60,000 nt of DNA from Amphiscolops sp. MND2022 (Eukaryota). Position 1 is the stretch's first letter; the number at the start of each line of letters is the position of its first letter. Under the pieces are notes generated by a model that worked only from the letters and a program-made list of their open reading frames with translations, was not told the DNA's origin and did no database searches. The position numbers and the translations under genes were made by a program. The DNA is taken from assembly GCA_964187785.1 (NCBI GenBank), contig OZ076409.1, positions 79,920,001-79,980,000 on the forward strand, in the 5' to 3' direction. This document shows, piece by piece, positions 1-11,500 of the stretch.

Positions 1-1035
1 TAAAACAGCGAAGTTTAACAAATGTACTCAGGAAAGCCTATAATTGGCTAGATTTACTCAATTTAATTCCTCCGGAACTGAGGAACTTTACTGCGGAACA
101 AGTCAATAAAATTGTAAGAAACATAAATGAAGTTTACGTAATCGATAACCAGAAACTATTCTTTTTCTAATTCCACAAAACCTAAAAACTTATTGAGAAA
201 TAAGAAACGACGGTTGTTGTTCACAGCAAATTGATTCTCATGGGCAAAAGCTCGACGAGCTGAAATGCTCTTCTTTTGTCCTTTTCTAAAAGATAACTAT
301 AACGTTTAGTTTATAGTGTAACTTTTAGAATAAGTAAACTATTCTATTCTACATTATATGGAATTTTTGTATTTCCGTAATATAATTTTGAGCGCTTTAG
401 GTAGTCTGGAAGATCGCTCCTCGAGATGCAGTAAGGTACCAGAATTTACGCACACCTAGTGATTTTTTAACTTCTTATTTTTAGCAACTTTTTTTCTCAT
501 GTGTTTCGCATTTCATCCAAAATTTGCGCTTTGCTGTATTATTGCGTTCAATTCACCGTTTACGAGGTTAACAACTTGTTGCTATGTTTACTATTATGGT
601 TGCAAATTTTAAGCAAAAGATATTCGAAACGTTCAATATTTTCCAAAGCCAAAAACATTGAGAAACATATAAAACACAGGCGCAAAGGAGCTTTGTGCAA
701 GGCTCGCGTCCAGTATAGGCCCACATTGGCATGCACGCAGAAATTATGAAACAGATACAGCTGACGGCGGCTAGATTTTCGCATCAATTTTAGCTCAGGA
801 AACTTTTGGTAGAATTTTTGCGAAATTTTTGAAATTAACGGCGAACGGATTTTTTTTCGAAACACGTTTTGTGTATCGTTAAAAAGAACATTCAATTACG
901 GTAAATTTAACAGCAACAGGGATGGTCTTGGGTGAAAAGGTTTTTAGGAGAAAGGCTTTAAAGTTTACAAATGCACAAGGTATGTCACGCGAAAAAATGC
1001 GAGTTTTTTAAAATTTCATCTAGTTTATATTAGTG

Positions 1036-1597
1036 TTTTTAGTCGGCGCTTTTCGAAGAAAAACGCAGACTATAGTAGTGACTTCTTTTTTTAGTCGGCG
1101 CTTTTCCAAGAAAAACGCAGACTATAGTAGTGACTTTTTTTTAAGACCAACGAACTGACAGATTTTATAAATTTTATAAGTAAGCACTAACACTGCTGTC
1201 TGGCACTAACACTAAACCACACTGGCATAGAGGTTACGGCTTTTAGAGGTCTGCCAAGCAGAAGGACATGGGTTCGAGTCCCGCCCTTGACCAAATTTTT
1301 TTTGTGTAGATTTTTTTCGGCTTCGTGAGACTTTTTTTCGCAATTTTTTTACTGTCTCCGAAGCGTCCACCCTTCATTTTTTTCCTATGTTGCAAAAGAA
1401 TGGATGTTGAAAAACAGCCAAAGGGCCCCTTTCACATTTTTCGGTACAATGCGACTTACCAGAAACTTCAAAAAAATTCAAAAAGTTTTCGGAAATTTTT
1501 TTTGGGTACTGTAGAGGAGAGTACTTGACACTTTGAAGTCCTTTTGCTATTTTTGAGCCTTAGATATGGCGCCGACTTGGGCCGTTCCCGGCTTGTT
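1036..1597 (+). mobile_element. Non-autonomous Helentron/HINE (DINE-1-like) element, copy A
   Basis: 5' TTTTTAGTCGGCGC...CGCAGACT stem-loop (duplicated 1036-1142), 3' inverted subterminal GCGCCGACT followed by small hairpin GCCG-TTCC-CGGC and TTGTT; T-rich flanks, no TSD. Confidence 0.65.
1215..1300 (+). promoter_or_regulatory. tRNA-derived Pol III internal promoter module inside the HINE-like element
   Basis: A-box-like TGGCATAGAGG (1223-1233), B-box GGTTCGAGTCC (1271-1281), CCA at 1291-1293 then a T-run; repeated at ~3168-3235, B-box also at ~1746 and ~3691. Confidence 0.55.
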
Positions 1598-1861
1598 TTT
1601 TTTAAGACCAACGAACTGACAGATTTTATAAATTTTATAAGTTGGCACTAACACTAAACCGGCACTAACACTAAACCGTGTCACACTACTTCACTGCCAC
1701 TTGGCCACTACGGCTTTTTCGAGGTCTGACAAGCAGAAGGACATGGGTTCGAGTCCCGCCATGACCAAAAATTTTTTGTGCAAATTTTTTTTCGGCTTTG
1801 GGAGACTTTTTTCTCAAATATCTCCAAATGGTCCATCCTTCATTTTTTTTCTATTTTGCAA
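1598..1861 (+). mobile_element. 5'-truncated head-to-tail second HINE-like copy (cut by the duplication breakpoint)
   Basis: Restarts at TTAAGACCAACGAACTGACAG immediately after the copy A 3' end; the equivalent copy at 3543-3993 is complete at its 3' end. Confidence 0.6.
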
Positions 1862-2117
1862 TAGACATTTGACTACAATCATTTTTGACTACAACACTAG
1901 AAGAAAACAAAAAGGTCTGCTACCTTCTACATATAACAGACTGGTCCTAAAACAGCGAAGTTTAACAAATGTACTCAGGAAAGCCTATAATTGGCTAAGT
2001 TTACTCAATTTAATTCCTCCGGAACTGAGGAACTTTACTGCGGAACAAGTCAATAAAATTGTAAGAAACATTAATGAAGTTTACGTAATCGATAACCAGA
2101 AACTATTCTTTTTCTAA
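1862..2117 (+). pseudogene. Possible 3'-terminal remnant of a non-LTR retrotransposon ORF (also partly at 1-169)
   Basis: Open frame ...FDYNTRRKQKGLLPS...RKAYNWLSLLNLIPPELRN...; a YNTR motif followed by an 'N.(L/I)P.ELR' motif resembles LINE ORF2 C-termini. Confidence 0.3.
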
Positions 2118-2981
2118 TTCCACAAAACCTAAAAACTTATTGAGAAATAAGAAACGACGGTTGTTGTTCACAGCAAATTGATTCTCATGGGCAAAAGCTC
2201 GACGAGCTGAAATGCTCTTCTTTTGTCCTTTTCTAAAAGATAACTATAACGTTTAGTTTATAGTGTAACTTTTAGAATAAATAAACTATTCTATTCTACA
2301 TTATATGGAATTTTTGTATTTCCGTAATATAATTTTGAGCGCTTTAGGTAGTCTGGAAGATCGCTCCTCGAGATGCAGTAAGGTACCAGAATTTACGCAC
2401 ACCTAGTGATTTTTTAACTTCTTATTTTTAGCAACTTTTTTCTCATGTGTTTCGCAATTCATCCAAAATTTGCGCTTTGCTGTATTATTGCGTCCAATTC
2501 ACCGTTTACGAGATTAACAACTTGTTGCTATGTTTACTATTATGGTTGCAAATTTTAAGCAAAAGATATTCGAAACGTTCAATATTTTCCAAAGCCAAAA
2601 ACATTGAGAAACATATAAAACACAGGCGCAAAGGAGCTTTGTGCAAGGCTCGCGTCCAGTATAGGCCCACATTGGCATGCACGCAGAAATTATGAAACAG
2701 GTACAGCTGACAGCGACGAGATATTCCCATCAATTTTAGCTCAGAAAACTTTTGGTAGAACTTTTGCGAAATTTTTGAAATTAACGGCGAACGGATTTTT
2801 TTTCGAATCACGTTTTGTATATCGTTAAAAAGAACATTCAATTACGGTAAATTTAACAGCAACAGGGATGGTCTTGGGTGAAAAGGTTTTTAGAAGAAAG
2901 GCTTTAAAGTTTACAAATGCACAGGGTATGTCACGCGAAAAAAAGCAAGTTTTTTAAAATTTCATCTAGTTTATATTAGTG

Positions 2982-3993
2982 TTTTTAGTCGGCGCTTTTC
3001 GAAGAAAAACGCAGACTATAGTAGTGACTTCTTTTTTTAGTCGGCGCTTTTCGAAGAAAAACGCAGACTATAGTAGTGACTTTTTTTAAGACCAACGAAC
3101 TGACAGATTTTATAAATTTTATAAGTAAGCACTAACACTGCTGTCTGGCACTAACACTAAACCACACTGGCATAGAGGTTACGGCTTTTAGAGGTCTGCC
3201 AAGCAGAAGGACATGGGTTCGAGTCCCGCCCTTGACCAAATTTTTTTTGTGTAGATTTTTTTCGGCTTCGTGAGACTTTTTTTCGCAATTTTTTTTAATG
3301 TCTCCGAAGGGCTCACCCTTCATTTTTTCCTATTTTGCAAAAGAATGGATGTTTAAAAACAGCCAAAGGGCCCCTTTTACATTTTTCGGTACAATGCGAC
3401 TTACCAGAAACTTCAAAAAAATTCAAAAAATTTTCGGAAATTTTTTTTGGGTACTGTAGAGGAGAGAACTTGACACTTTGAAGTCCTTTTGCTATTTTTG
3501 AGCCTTAGATATGGCGCCGACTTGGGCCGTTCCCGGCTTGTTTTTTTTAAGACCAACGAACTGACAGATTTTATAAATTTTATAAGTTGGCACTAACACT
3601 AAACCGGCACTAACACTAAACCGTGTCACACTACTTCACTGCCACTTGGCCACTACGGCTTTTTCGAGGTCTGACAAGCAGAAGGACATGGGTTCGAGTC
3701 CCGCCATGACCAAAAATTTTTTGTGCAAATTTTTTTTCGGCTTTGTGAGACTTTTTTTGCAAATATCTCCAAAGGGTTCACCCTTCATTTTTTGTCTATT
3801 TTGCAAAAAAATGGATGTTAAAAAACTCCCAAAGGTCCCCATTTTACATGTTTCGGCACTATGCGACTTACGGGTGACCAAAAAAGTTTTTCCTCAAACG
3901 GGTACTGTAGAAGAGAAAACTTGACACTTTGAAGTCCTTTTGTTATTTTTGAGCCTTAGATATGGCGCCGACTTGGGCCGTTCCCGGCTTGTT
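2982..3993 (+). mobile_element. HINE-like copies C (2982-3542) and D (3543-3993), head-to-tail
   Basis: Same termini as copy A; both end in GAGCCTTAGATATGGCGCCGACTTGGGCCGTTCCCGGCTTGTT. Confidence 0.65.
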
Positions 3994-4930
3994 AAACTTT
4001 TCTTGGACAAAAATTGAGAAAGTTACATATAGCTAATTTTGAGCAAATTTGGGACTTTTTTTCCGTTTTTCCAATTTTTGACCGGGTTACCCACATGTTT
4101 TGTGGCAAGTTTTATGCTCAAATAACTCGCACAAATCTGAATCTATGGATATTTTTTGAATTCAAAAATTATCAACCGTTTTTGAAATATCATACTCGAA
4201 AGGTAAAATTTCATCGATTTCCATTTATTATGATAGGAAATGGACGTTTCGCGGCGAAAAACTGCGATTATTTTTTCATTTAGAATGTTTTTGAAACGAA
4301 AAATGTATCATTGAATTCTATACAATCTGCACAATTTGATGAATTTAAAATTTCTCAAAAAAAATCAAAAACCTTCCTAAATCTGGGAAAATAGCAGAAG
4401 TGTTCTTTCTGCGCATGAGATTTCACTTGATGCGCCAATCAGAATTGAAAGTGAGAGCAAATAAGCAATTCTTATTGGTTGATAACGACGCTCAGCGCAT
4501 AGGGGTACGATTTCTTAATCACAGTACTGTAGTCATTCAAGATTATAGGAAGAATGAAAATGCTGCTTCGCATAGCGGCGCTACAACTTTCAATCTTAAT
4601 TACACGCTGCATGCGAGCAGTGTCTGCGGAGGGATTATCAAAATTCAATGTCGATTTTGAAATTTTGATTGTCTATTTAGAAAATTCAATCGTTCACTTG
4701 ATTGGTTCTTAAATTTTGATTGTCGTTTATTAAATTTTCAGCGTCATACACTGTAGTTATTCTAATTCTCGAATGCTCAATCACATGCTTTCAGCTGCAG
4801 AAAATATTACAAAACAAGCAAAGTACCATAGATTTTCAGTGATTGAACAAACAGTCTTTTTCGTAAACAGTTTTTTCGTAACAAAAAAGATGAAAGCGAT
4901 TATAAATTAGCGCATGGCAATGTTCATTTG

Positions 4931-5433
4931 AACAAGACGAGAACGTCTAAAGTCGGCGCCATATCTAAGGCTCAAAAAGCGTAAAACACTTTTTTTTGGA
5001 AAAAAATTGAAATTTTTGAAAAAATTTTTTCTTTCAAAAGAAGTCGCATAGTGCCGAAAAATGTAAAAGGGGGGACCCTTCTGGATTTATTAACAAACAT
5101 TCCGTTGCAAAATATCAAAAACTCAAAGGGGGGCCCTTTGGGGACATTAAAAAATTTTCGAAAAAAAAGTTGCACAGTGCCGAAAAAAATCCAAAGGGGG
5201 GACCCTTTGGGCACGTCCGGTTTTGTATGTTTCCTTGAAAAAGTAAAAAAATGAAAGGGGGGACCCTTTGTAGTAAAGTTTGCCTTGGGCGGACTTGGCC
5301 TCAGGTGCTCTGCTCAGGATTGTAAAAAGTGGACCTATCAGTGTGAGGATTGTAGTCTGAAGAAAAAAAGAAAAAAAAGGTCACTGCTATAGTCGGGCAT
5401 TTTTCCTTAAGAGGAAAACGCGCCGACTAAAAA
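4931..5433 (-). mobile_element. HINE-like element, reverse orientation
   Basis: Begins AACAAGACGAGAACGTCTAAAGTCGGCGCCATATCTAAGGCTC and ends TAGTCGGGC...GCGCCGACTAAAAA (reverse complement of the family termini). Confidence 0.65.
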
Positions 5434-6062
5434 CACTAGCGAGTAGAAATTTTGACTAACACATCTGATTTATAAATAATATGTATAGCAGCCTTTCTAG
5501 AAAAACGAGTCAACGGTGTTGATCACGAGGATACCATATTGTTTCACTATTGAATACTTTTTCATTGAAGTTCAATCTTGTTATTTGTGGAGTTGAATGT
5601 GGTGTCTCGTGTTTGCCGCTTTGATCGAAAAGCGAAGAGGAACTGCTCCACGTAACGTTTTGGTAAGCAATTGCATATCAAAATGATGATAAAAGTTGTT
5701 TTGAATCTGCTCTAAAACTTCAAACAATTTCAACTTTAAGGTGGTGCACAATATATTCTAATTTTGAAATTTGTTGCACATTGTTGCAACGAAGATATGG
5801 CATCAGTATGTCTTTCAACCAAGAAAATTTGCAATAAAAAGTATTTCTTTCTTTGTTCACACTCTGGAAATTAGAACTTAAAGAGTTCTACAAATGGGGG
5901 TATCTTTATGGTAAATAAACTGAAGCCTCTGCAAAATTTTTCTGATTCATGCCGAAATTCACAAGTGTTCGATATTATAACTTCCGATATATAAATTTCA
6001 AATCAAAAATTTAACTATTATAGATTAGTAGAACAAAATTGAACGGCAAGTTCCACCTACCT

Positions 6063-6147
6063 GTCATTGTTGTCTTTAAATATCTCAAGTCAAATGAAAA
6101 ACATCATGTTTTTCATTTGACTTGAGATATTTAAAGACAACAATGAC
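6063..6147. repeat. Perfect palindrome, 42-bp arms, 1-nt spacer
   Basis: 6063-6104 is the exact reverse complement of 6106-6147; centre CAT-C-ATG. Confidence 0.95.
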
Positions 6148-6171
6148 TGCTACTACTAAGACAACAATGAC

Positions 6172-6244
6172 AACTACTTCTACCAACTCATAACTTTCTC
6201 ATTCCATGATGGAATGAGAAAGTTATGAGTTGGTAGAAGTAGTT
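6172..6244. repeat. Perfect palindrome, 36-bp arms, 1-nt spacer
   Basis: 6172-6207 is the exact reverse complement of 6209-6244; centre CAT-G-ATG. Confidence 0.95.
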
Positions 6245-6477
6245 TTCTATCGAAAATGTACCATTACTATCAGGTACCGTCACTATCAGCTAGGGTTGAA
6301 ATTGGGCCGGCCCCCCTAGGATATGCGGGCTGCGGGTCACGTCCTGCGGGCCGTTTAAAAATATTTAGGTACTAAGAAAAGTAAATTTAGGTAAATTAAA
6401 AGGTGAGTATTAGTAAAAGTAAATATCAGGAAAAGTTAGGCATAAGTAAATTTGCAGTCCTCTTGGGCATCGTCGAG

Positions 6478-7432
6478 CAGGGGCGGTCAAAAATTGATTG
6501 CGCATCCAAAAATTAAATTGCAATTAATTGGAATAGTGAAAATCAATTATCAATTAATTGATACAACCCAAAATTGAATTGCAATTAATTGCACAGGGAA
6601 AACATCAGTCTTCAGCAACAACTTTGGACACGAGTTCATTATCCCAGTACTTTTTGTTGATTTTCAGAAATAGCTGCATTTCCAGATTTTGCGGCGACAA
6701 ATTCTGCCGCATCTCAGAATAGGCATATTCCGCAGTACTAAAAAATCTCTCAAGCAAATTCGAAATGGGAAGTAGAAAATGCGAGTCCATATATCGGGGT
6801 TGGGACCGCGAAATCCCTGTGGCAATTTTTCTTTTCTTTATAATACTTGCTGCAAAGTCGCTCTCATTTTCAGGATTCTGTGTTTCCTCTCGGCCGGATG
6901 TCTCTGGATACTTTAAATTTGAAAGTTGTTTTTTCTTCCTCTGAGAGGGTGTCAATTGTACAGTTCTGAATTTGTCCAACCATCAATTACGATTGCAAAT
7001 TTGTCAGGCAGCGTGTTTTTAAGTTTCCTCTCAACTGCTTTGGTAACAAGCGACATGTGTTTCTTGAACAAATATTTCGAAATCGGATCAAGTTTGCAAT
7101 ATTTTCTAGTAAGCTCGCACTCAACGAAACTGAAAGTTTTTTATCCACAGGTAACCCATTCCAGCCAGCCATAAATATTTGAGCCTTTCTTCGTTACCGA
7201 TTTCGACTTTGTCATAACAAAATTATTAAGGGTACATCGCTCACCTTTTCTAAGAAATATGGACTTGATTCCTAAGAAATGCACTTAATAATTGTAAGAA
7301 CTAAGATATGCAATTAATTGCAATTAATTGGTAAGAGCGCAATCATTTAATTGTAATTGCACAAGTGAAGCAATCAATTAATTGCAATGGAAAATTGCAA
7401 TTAATTGTAATGACAATTTTTGACCGCCCCTG
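6478..7432 (-). mobile_element. hAT internal-deletion derivative nested in the previous element
   Basis: Perfect 19-bp TIR CAGGGGCGGTCAAAAATTG; 8-bp TSD TCGTCGAG (6470-6477, 7433-7440); CAATTAATTG subterminal repeats; transposase remnants. Confidence 0.93.
6605..7175 (-). pseudogene. hAT transposase remnant (first catalytic-D region fused to C-terminal dimerisation domain)
   Basis: One frame reads LPDKFAIVIDGWT (~6975-7012); ORF 6605-6979 has LLPISNLLERFFSTAEYAYSEMRQNLSPQNLEMQLFLKIN, the hAT dimerisation motif. Confidence 0.85.
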
Positions 7433-7585
7433 TCGTCGAGAGCTTCGTATAAGTCTATGTTGTCATCTTCTTGCATAACCTCAAGTCTCCCCAACCGCCA
7501 GAGTTGTATTAAATTTCTGAGAAATGCAACTAGCCATGTGTATCGTTCTTGTTGCATAGCGACGGGCCATTTCTGAGAAAAGGCA

Positions 7586-8133
7586 CCCTAGTTGAGAATG
7601 CTTGAACTTTTTACATGCTGCATGGAAACATGCAGGTTAATTTTTTTTACAAAACATGGAAAATTCCGGGAGCCTTCATGGAAACATTTTGTAGGATTAC
7701 AATGCATCCTCCACTATTTGAATTAAAACTGTCAACATTTCCACTTAACCACCGCGATCACTTTGTTTTCACGCGTAAGTTTCTCAAATAAGTACCTTAT
7801 GTAATCACCGTTAGTCAAATAGCACGCTGAATATGACGCTACTTTGAAACTTATAATGTGACTGAAGTTTATTTGCATTGAAATCGCGGTAAAATTGATG
7901 ACGGTCTCAGCTGCTTTCAAAATTAGAACGGCGTTTTAATGAAACCTGCAAAACTTTGCGGCGCAAAATTGCCGCAAAATTTAGGATGCATTTTATAGGC
8001 AGCTTGATAAAATTAAATCGAATCAGTGAAGTTTTGTTGCATGGACGTTTCTCGGAGAATTTTATAAAATCATGGAAAATTAGGATGGTAACCTACAAAA
8101 ACATGTAAAAAGTTCAAGCAGTTCCAACCAGGC
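7586..8133. mobile_element. Degenerate MITE/foldback element inside the outer hAT
   Basis: Inverted repeat TGCTTGAACTTTTTACATG (~7600) vs CATGTAAAAAGTTCAAGCA (~8102); TSD not resolved. Confidence 0.5.
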
Positions 8134-8514
8134 GGGGCATAGTTGCGGGCCTCGGGCCAGAACGGCCCGCTTTCATTTAACCTTAGACTATCAGGCCAAA
8201 AACATCGTGAAGAGTACCTTATATTAATAAAATGTCAATCAAATGACCAATAGACAAATACAGCTAAACAAATTTTCAGTCTCACCGTGTCGGAAGTATA
8301 CCATAAGTATCTATGGATTTGCTATAGATAAGCGACTCTTCTATTCAAAACTGACGGGCAGAGGGATTGTTCGAAAAAGGAATTCTTCTGAAACGGGGAT
8401 TCTTGTTTTTTTTTAAATACTGAAAAATGAATTTTGAAGTTATTCAAGAATCTATAAATGCTGACTGTTAAAAACGCCTGTAAGATGTATTTATGATGAG
8501 TATATTTGCTACAG

Positions 8515-11500
8515 TGACATGGAGAAGATACGCCAGGGTGTGTCTGACAAGATCTCGATTTGTGTGCAACACGCGGCTACTTTCACTGTGTCGTTTATAT
8601 TAGCCTTCTACTACGGACCTCGCATGGCTGCCATTCTGTGTACTACCATACCATTTCTCGTAATCGCTGCTGCTGGTTTCGCTATGGTATGAAATTACTT
8701 TACTCTTTAGGAATAAGACGTTTTCGCGCGTTATTAGTTGGTTCGGAAAACACGTGGTCAATTTCAAGTCAGCGCTTTATGAAATGAAACGCGACTTTAC
8801 TTGTCTTTTTGTCATTTTTTGTTTTTTTCCATATCCGCCGTCATTGCCTAAATAGGTCCAAAAGAATTCAGAGGGTCATCTTTTTCATTATTTGATGTTT
8901 TGTTCGAATTACAAAGCTACAAGCTATATTCGGGGTTTTCAGCTCTGAGAAACTGTTTTTAAGAATAAATTAAAACTGAAGGTTTCTGGTTTTGTCTATT
9001 CTAATTTTGTCAAGTTTTCAAAAACATTTCGGTGGTGGGGGAATGAAAAGAATAACTTTTGAAGCATATGGTTCCGAAGTTTGCTTTTCGAAAATATGAA
9101 GGATCAATTTTGCCCATTGCCTAATTATGTCTTTTAGATATGACTTTACAGCTTTCATTTTCTCGGAATTCTACACTTTTTTCAGTTTCAAGGAACATCT
9201 TCTTCCGATGAGCAGAAGCAGTACGGAGAAGCGGGAGCCATTGCTGACTACACCTTCTCCTGCATCCGAACAGTTGTCGCGTTTGGGGGCGAGAATCGAG
9301 AAATCAAGAAGTATTTTAGACTTTCACGCGTTTTTTTCGAAATTTTTTACATGAACGGCAAAGATGGTTGAGCAGCAATGTTTTACTGTGTGAAAAATTG
9401 ACTGTTTGATTTTATGGATGAACTGTAGTTGTGCCATCAAGTTATCTCAGCCTGATTCACGAGGTTATTCTGAAAGTTATTCACAAGTGGTTGTATTCTT
9501 CGGCATGAATAAGGAAACTACCTACTGTAATGCAAAGAGGCTCAAATTTCTCAAACCCTTCTGCGTAAGCTGGAATATTATTGTAACGCTAACGGCCCAC
9601 TTTTTTTCCGACCAGATTAGTTTTACAATTCATTTTTTAGCTGTTAGGGGAGACATTTTTTGACATGAAGGGAACTAGTGTCTACTAATTAATCGTTCAA
9701 GACCAGGAGCTTCGCCTGCATTGAAGTGAAGGAATGGAAAAGGTCATAATCGCTCAAAAGCAGCATTTTTTCAAGTAACAAAGCTTATAGTCCAAGATTT
9801 CACTTCTGTCGTTCCGGAAAATTCTAGAAATTGACTTTATCCAGAAAACGTAGGTGGAAATGATATATGGGTTTTGACATTTATGCAAGCGTTTTACGTT
9901 TGCTGAAATATTAATGAGCCCCGACGGGACCAATTTTCAAAATCCCCGACAGGATTCACCTTAATTTTAGAAAGCTATGAAAATGACTTGTACATAGATT
10001 GTAGGAAGGTCGATTGAATACCAGTCTACCGTCCCGACGGAATTGTCTACAACATGATAAGAGCGTGCGCATTGTGAAAACTTCATACAAGTTCTACAGA
10101 GAGTGACAGATATCACACAAAGAAAAGTACAAACGGGTACTCCATGAACAAATTTGGATGACAATTATGCTCACTTTAGCTACAACTCGAAACTGAAGAA
10201 AGCGCGGAAAATAGATCTCCGCAAAGCAATTTTGGGTGGAGTCTTCTTGGGCTGGGTGAATGCGTTTATGTTCCTGAGTCAGGGTCTGGCCTTCTGGTAC
10301 GGCCCCAAAGAGGTCAAGAAGGGTGACATGTCCCTGTCGAACGTTCTCACTGTCTTCTTCAGTGTCATGATCGGGGCCATGAGTCTGGGTCAAGCTGGAC
10401 CCATATTTGGGATCATCAGCTCCGTTTCGGGGTCATATCGGTTCATCAGGTCAATTCTTATGAGGGTGAGTGAGTTGAGTTTGTTGGTTTGAGAAAAAAA
10501 TTTTGGTGGAAATGTCGAAGTTTCAAACTGGAATTTTTAATTCTAAATTTTTTCAAATTGACAAAATTGATGTTCGATGTTTTGTGTTAATTGTACATTG
10601 TTGACTAGAAAATTGGTGGGGGTTTTCATTGACAAAACAATTAGGTTAATGCCTGGCGATTGCCGAATGCGAAATTAGTTTCTTATGTATGTTGTATTGC
10701 CTCATAATATAATATGACTTTTCAGACACCACCAATCGACACTGCTGACGAAAACGGAGTAGTAATCGAAAACCTGAAAGGTCACATCAGATTCTCCGAC
10801 GTGGCTTTCTCCTACCCCACAAGGCCAACTATCAAAGTAAATGAAATATCAATAGCATTCAAATTATCAATTTTCACTATTTTCGATTGCAAATCTTTGA
10901 TTTTTAAGGTGTTGAAAAATTTTACGATGGACATAAAACCAGGACAAACTGTGGCACTGGTGGGTTCAAGTGGATCCGGCAAATCAACCATTGTGAATAT
11001 TCTGCAGAGGTTTTACTCAATTGCGGAAGGAAAGGTAAGTTCATCGTATCATGTATGAGCTTTCACCAAAACAGTTATTCTACTGAAGAAAGGACTTATT
11101 GATACTAACAAGGCTCGATAATTAAGAGTTTTCAAGTTGCACCGATTATCATTAGTTTAATCGGCCGTTTTATTGCCATATATTAATTATGGAAGAAGGA
11201 GTCCTCATGTTTAGTAGGAATTTCTTACGTGAAAAAGTTGAGTACGTTGTATTTTAAGTACTATCAATATTGTTTACTTTTTCCACTGCCATAAAATTTT
11301 GAAGACATTTGAAAAAATGTGAGAAGACCTCTCTTGAAATTGGATAAGAATTTCGAAAGCATCTTGTGTTAACTTCCAAACAATTGAATGGAAACTTTGC
11401 AAAACTTTGTTCAAGATTTTGAAAGTTGTTTGTCAAGTTTTCCTTTTTAAAATTTTCGTATTGCTCTGCTAATATTGGAATTTGTCTTTAGGTCACAATA

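Larger units (their letters stand above)
1..3806. repeat. Near-identical tandem segmental duplication, period ~1.95 kb (1-1861 repeated at 1948-3806; first copy starts before the window)
   Basis: Position 1 TAAAACAGCGAAGTTTAACAAATG recurs at 1948; duplicated ORFs 501/2447 and 560/2506 are offset by 1946; the copies diverge after ~1861 vs ~3806. Confidence 0.92.
6290..8186. mobile_element. Non-autonomous hAT-type element (outer element of a nest)
   Basis: 8-bp direct repeat ACTATCAG at 6282-6289 and 8187-8194; imperfect TIR CTAGGGTTGAAAT / ATTTAACCTTAG; GC-rich subterminal GCGGGC motifs at both ends. Confidence 0.7.

Noticed and set aside
1215..1295. Functional tRNA gene
   Set aside because: No proper acceptor stem or 7-nt anticodon loop could be folded; it is embedded in a repeat family
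501..5254. Short ORFs (60-140 aa) as genes
   Set aside because: They lie in duplicated or HINE repeats, are K/F-rich from A/T runs and show no domain motifs
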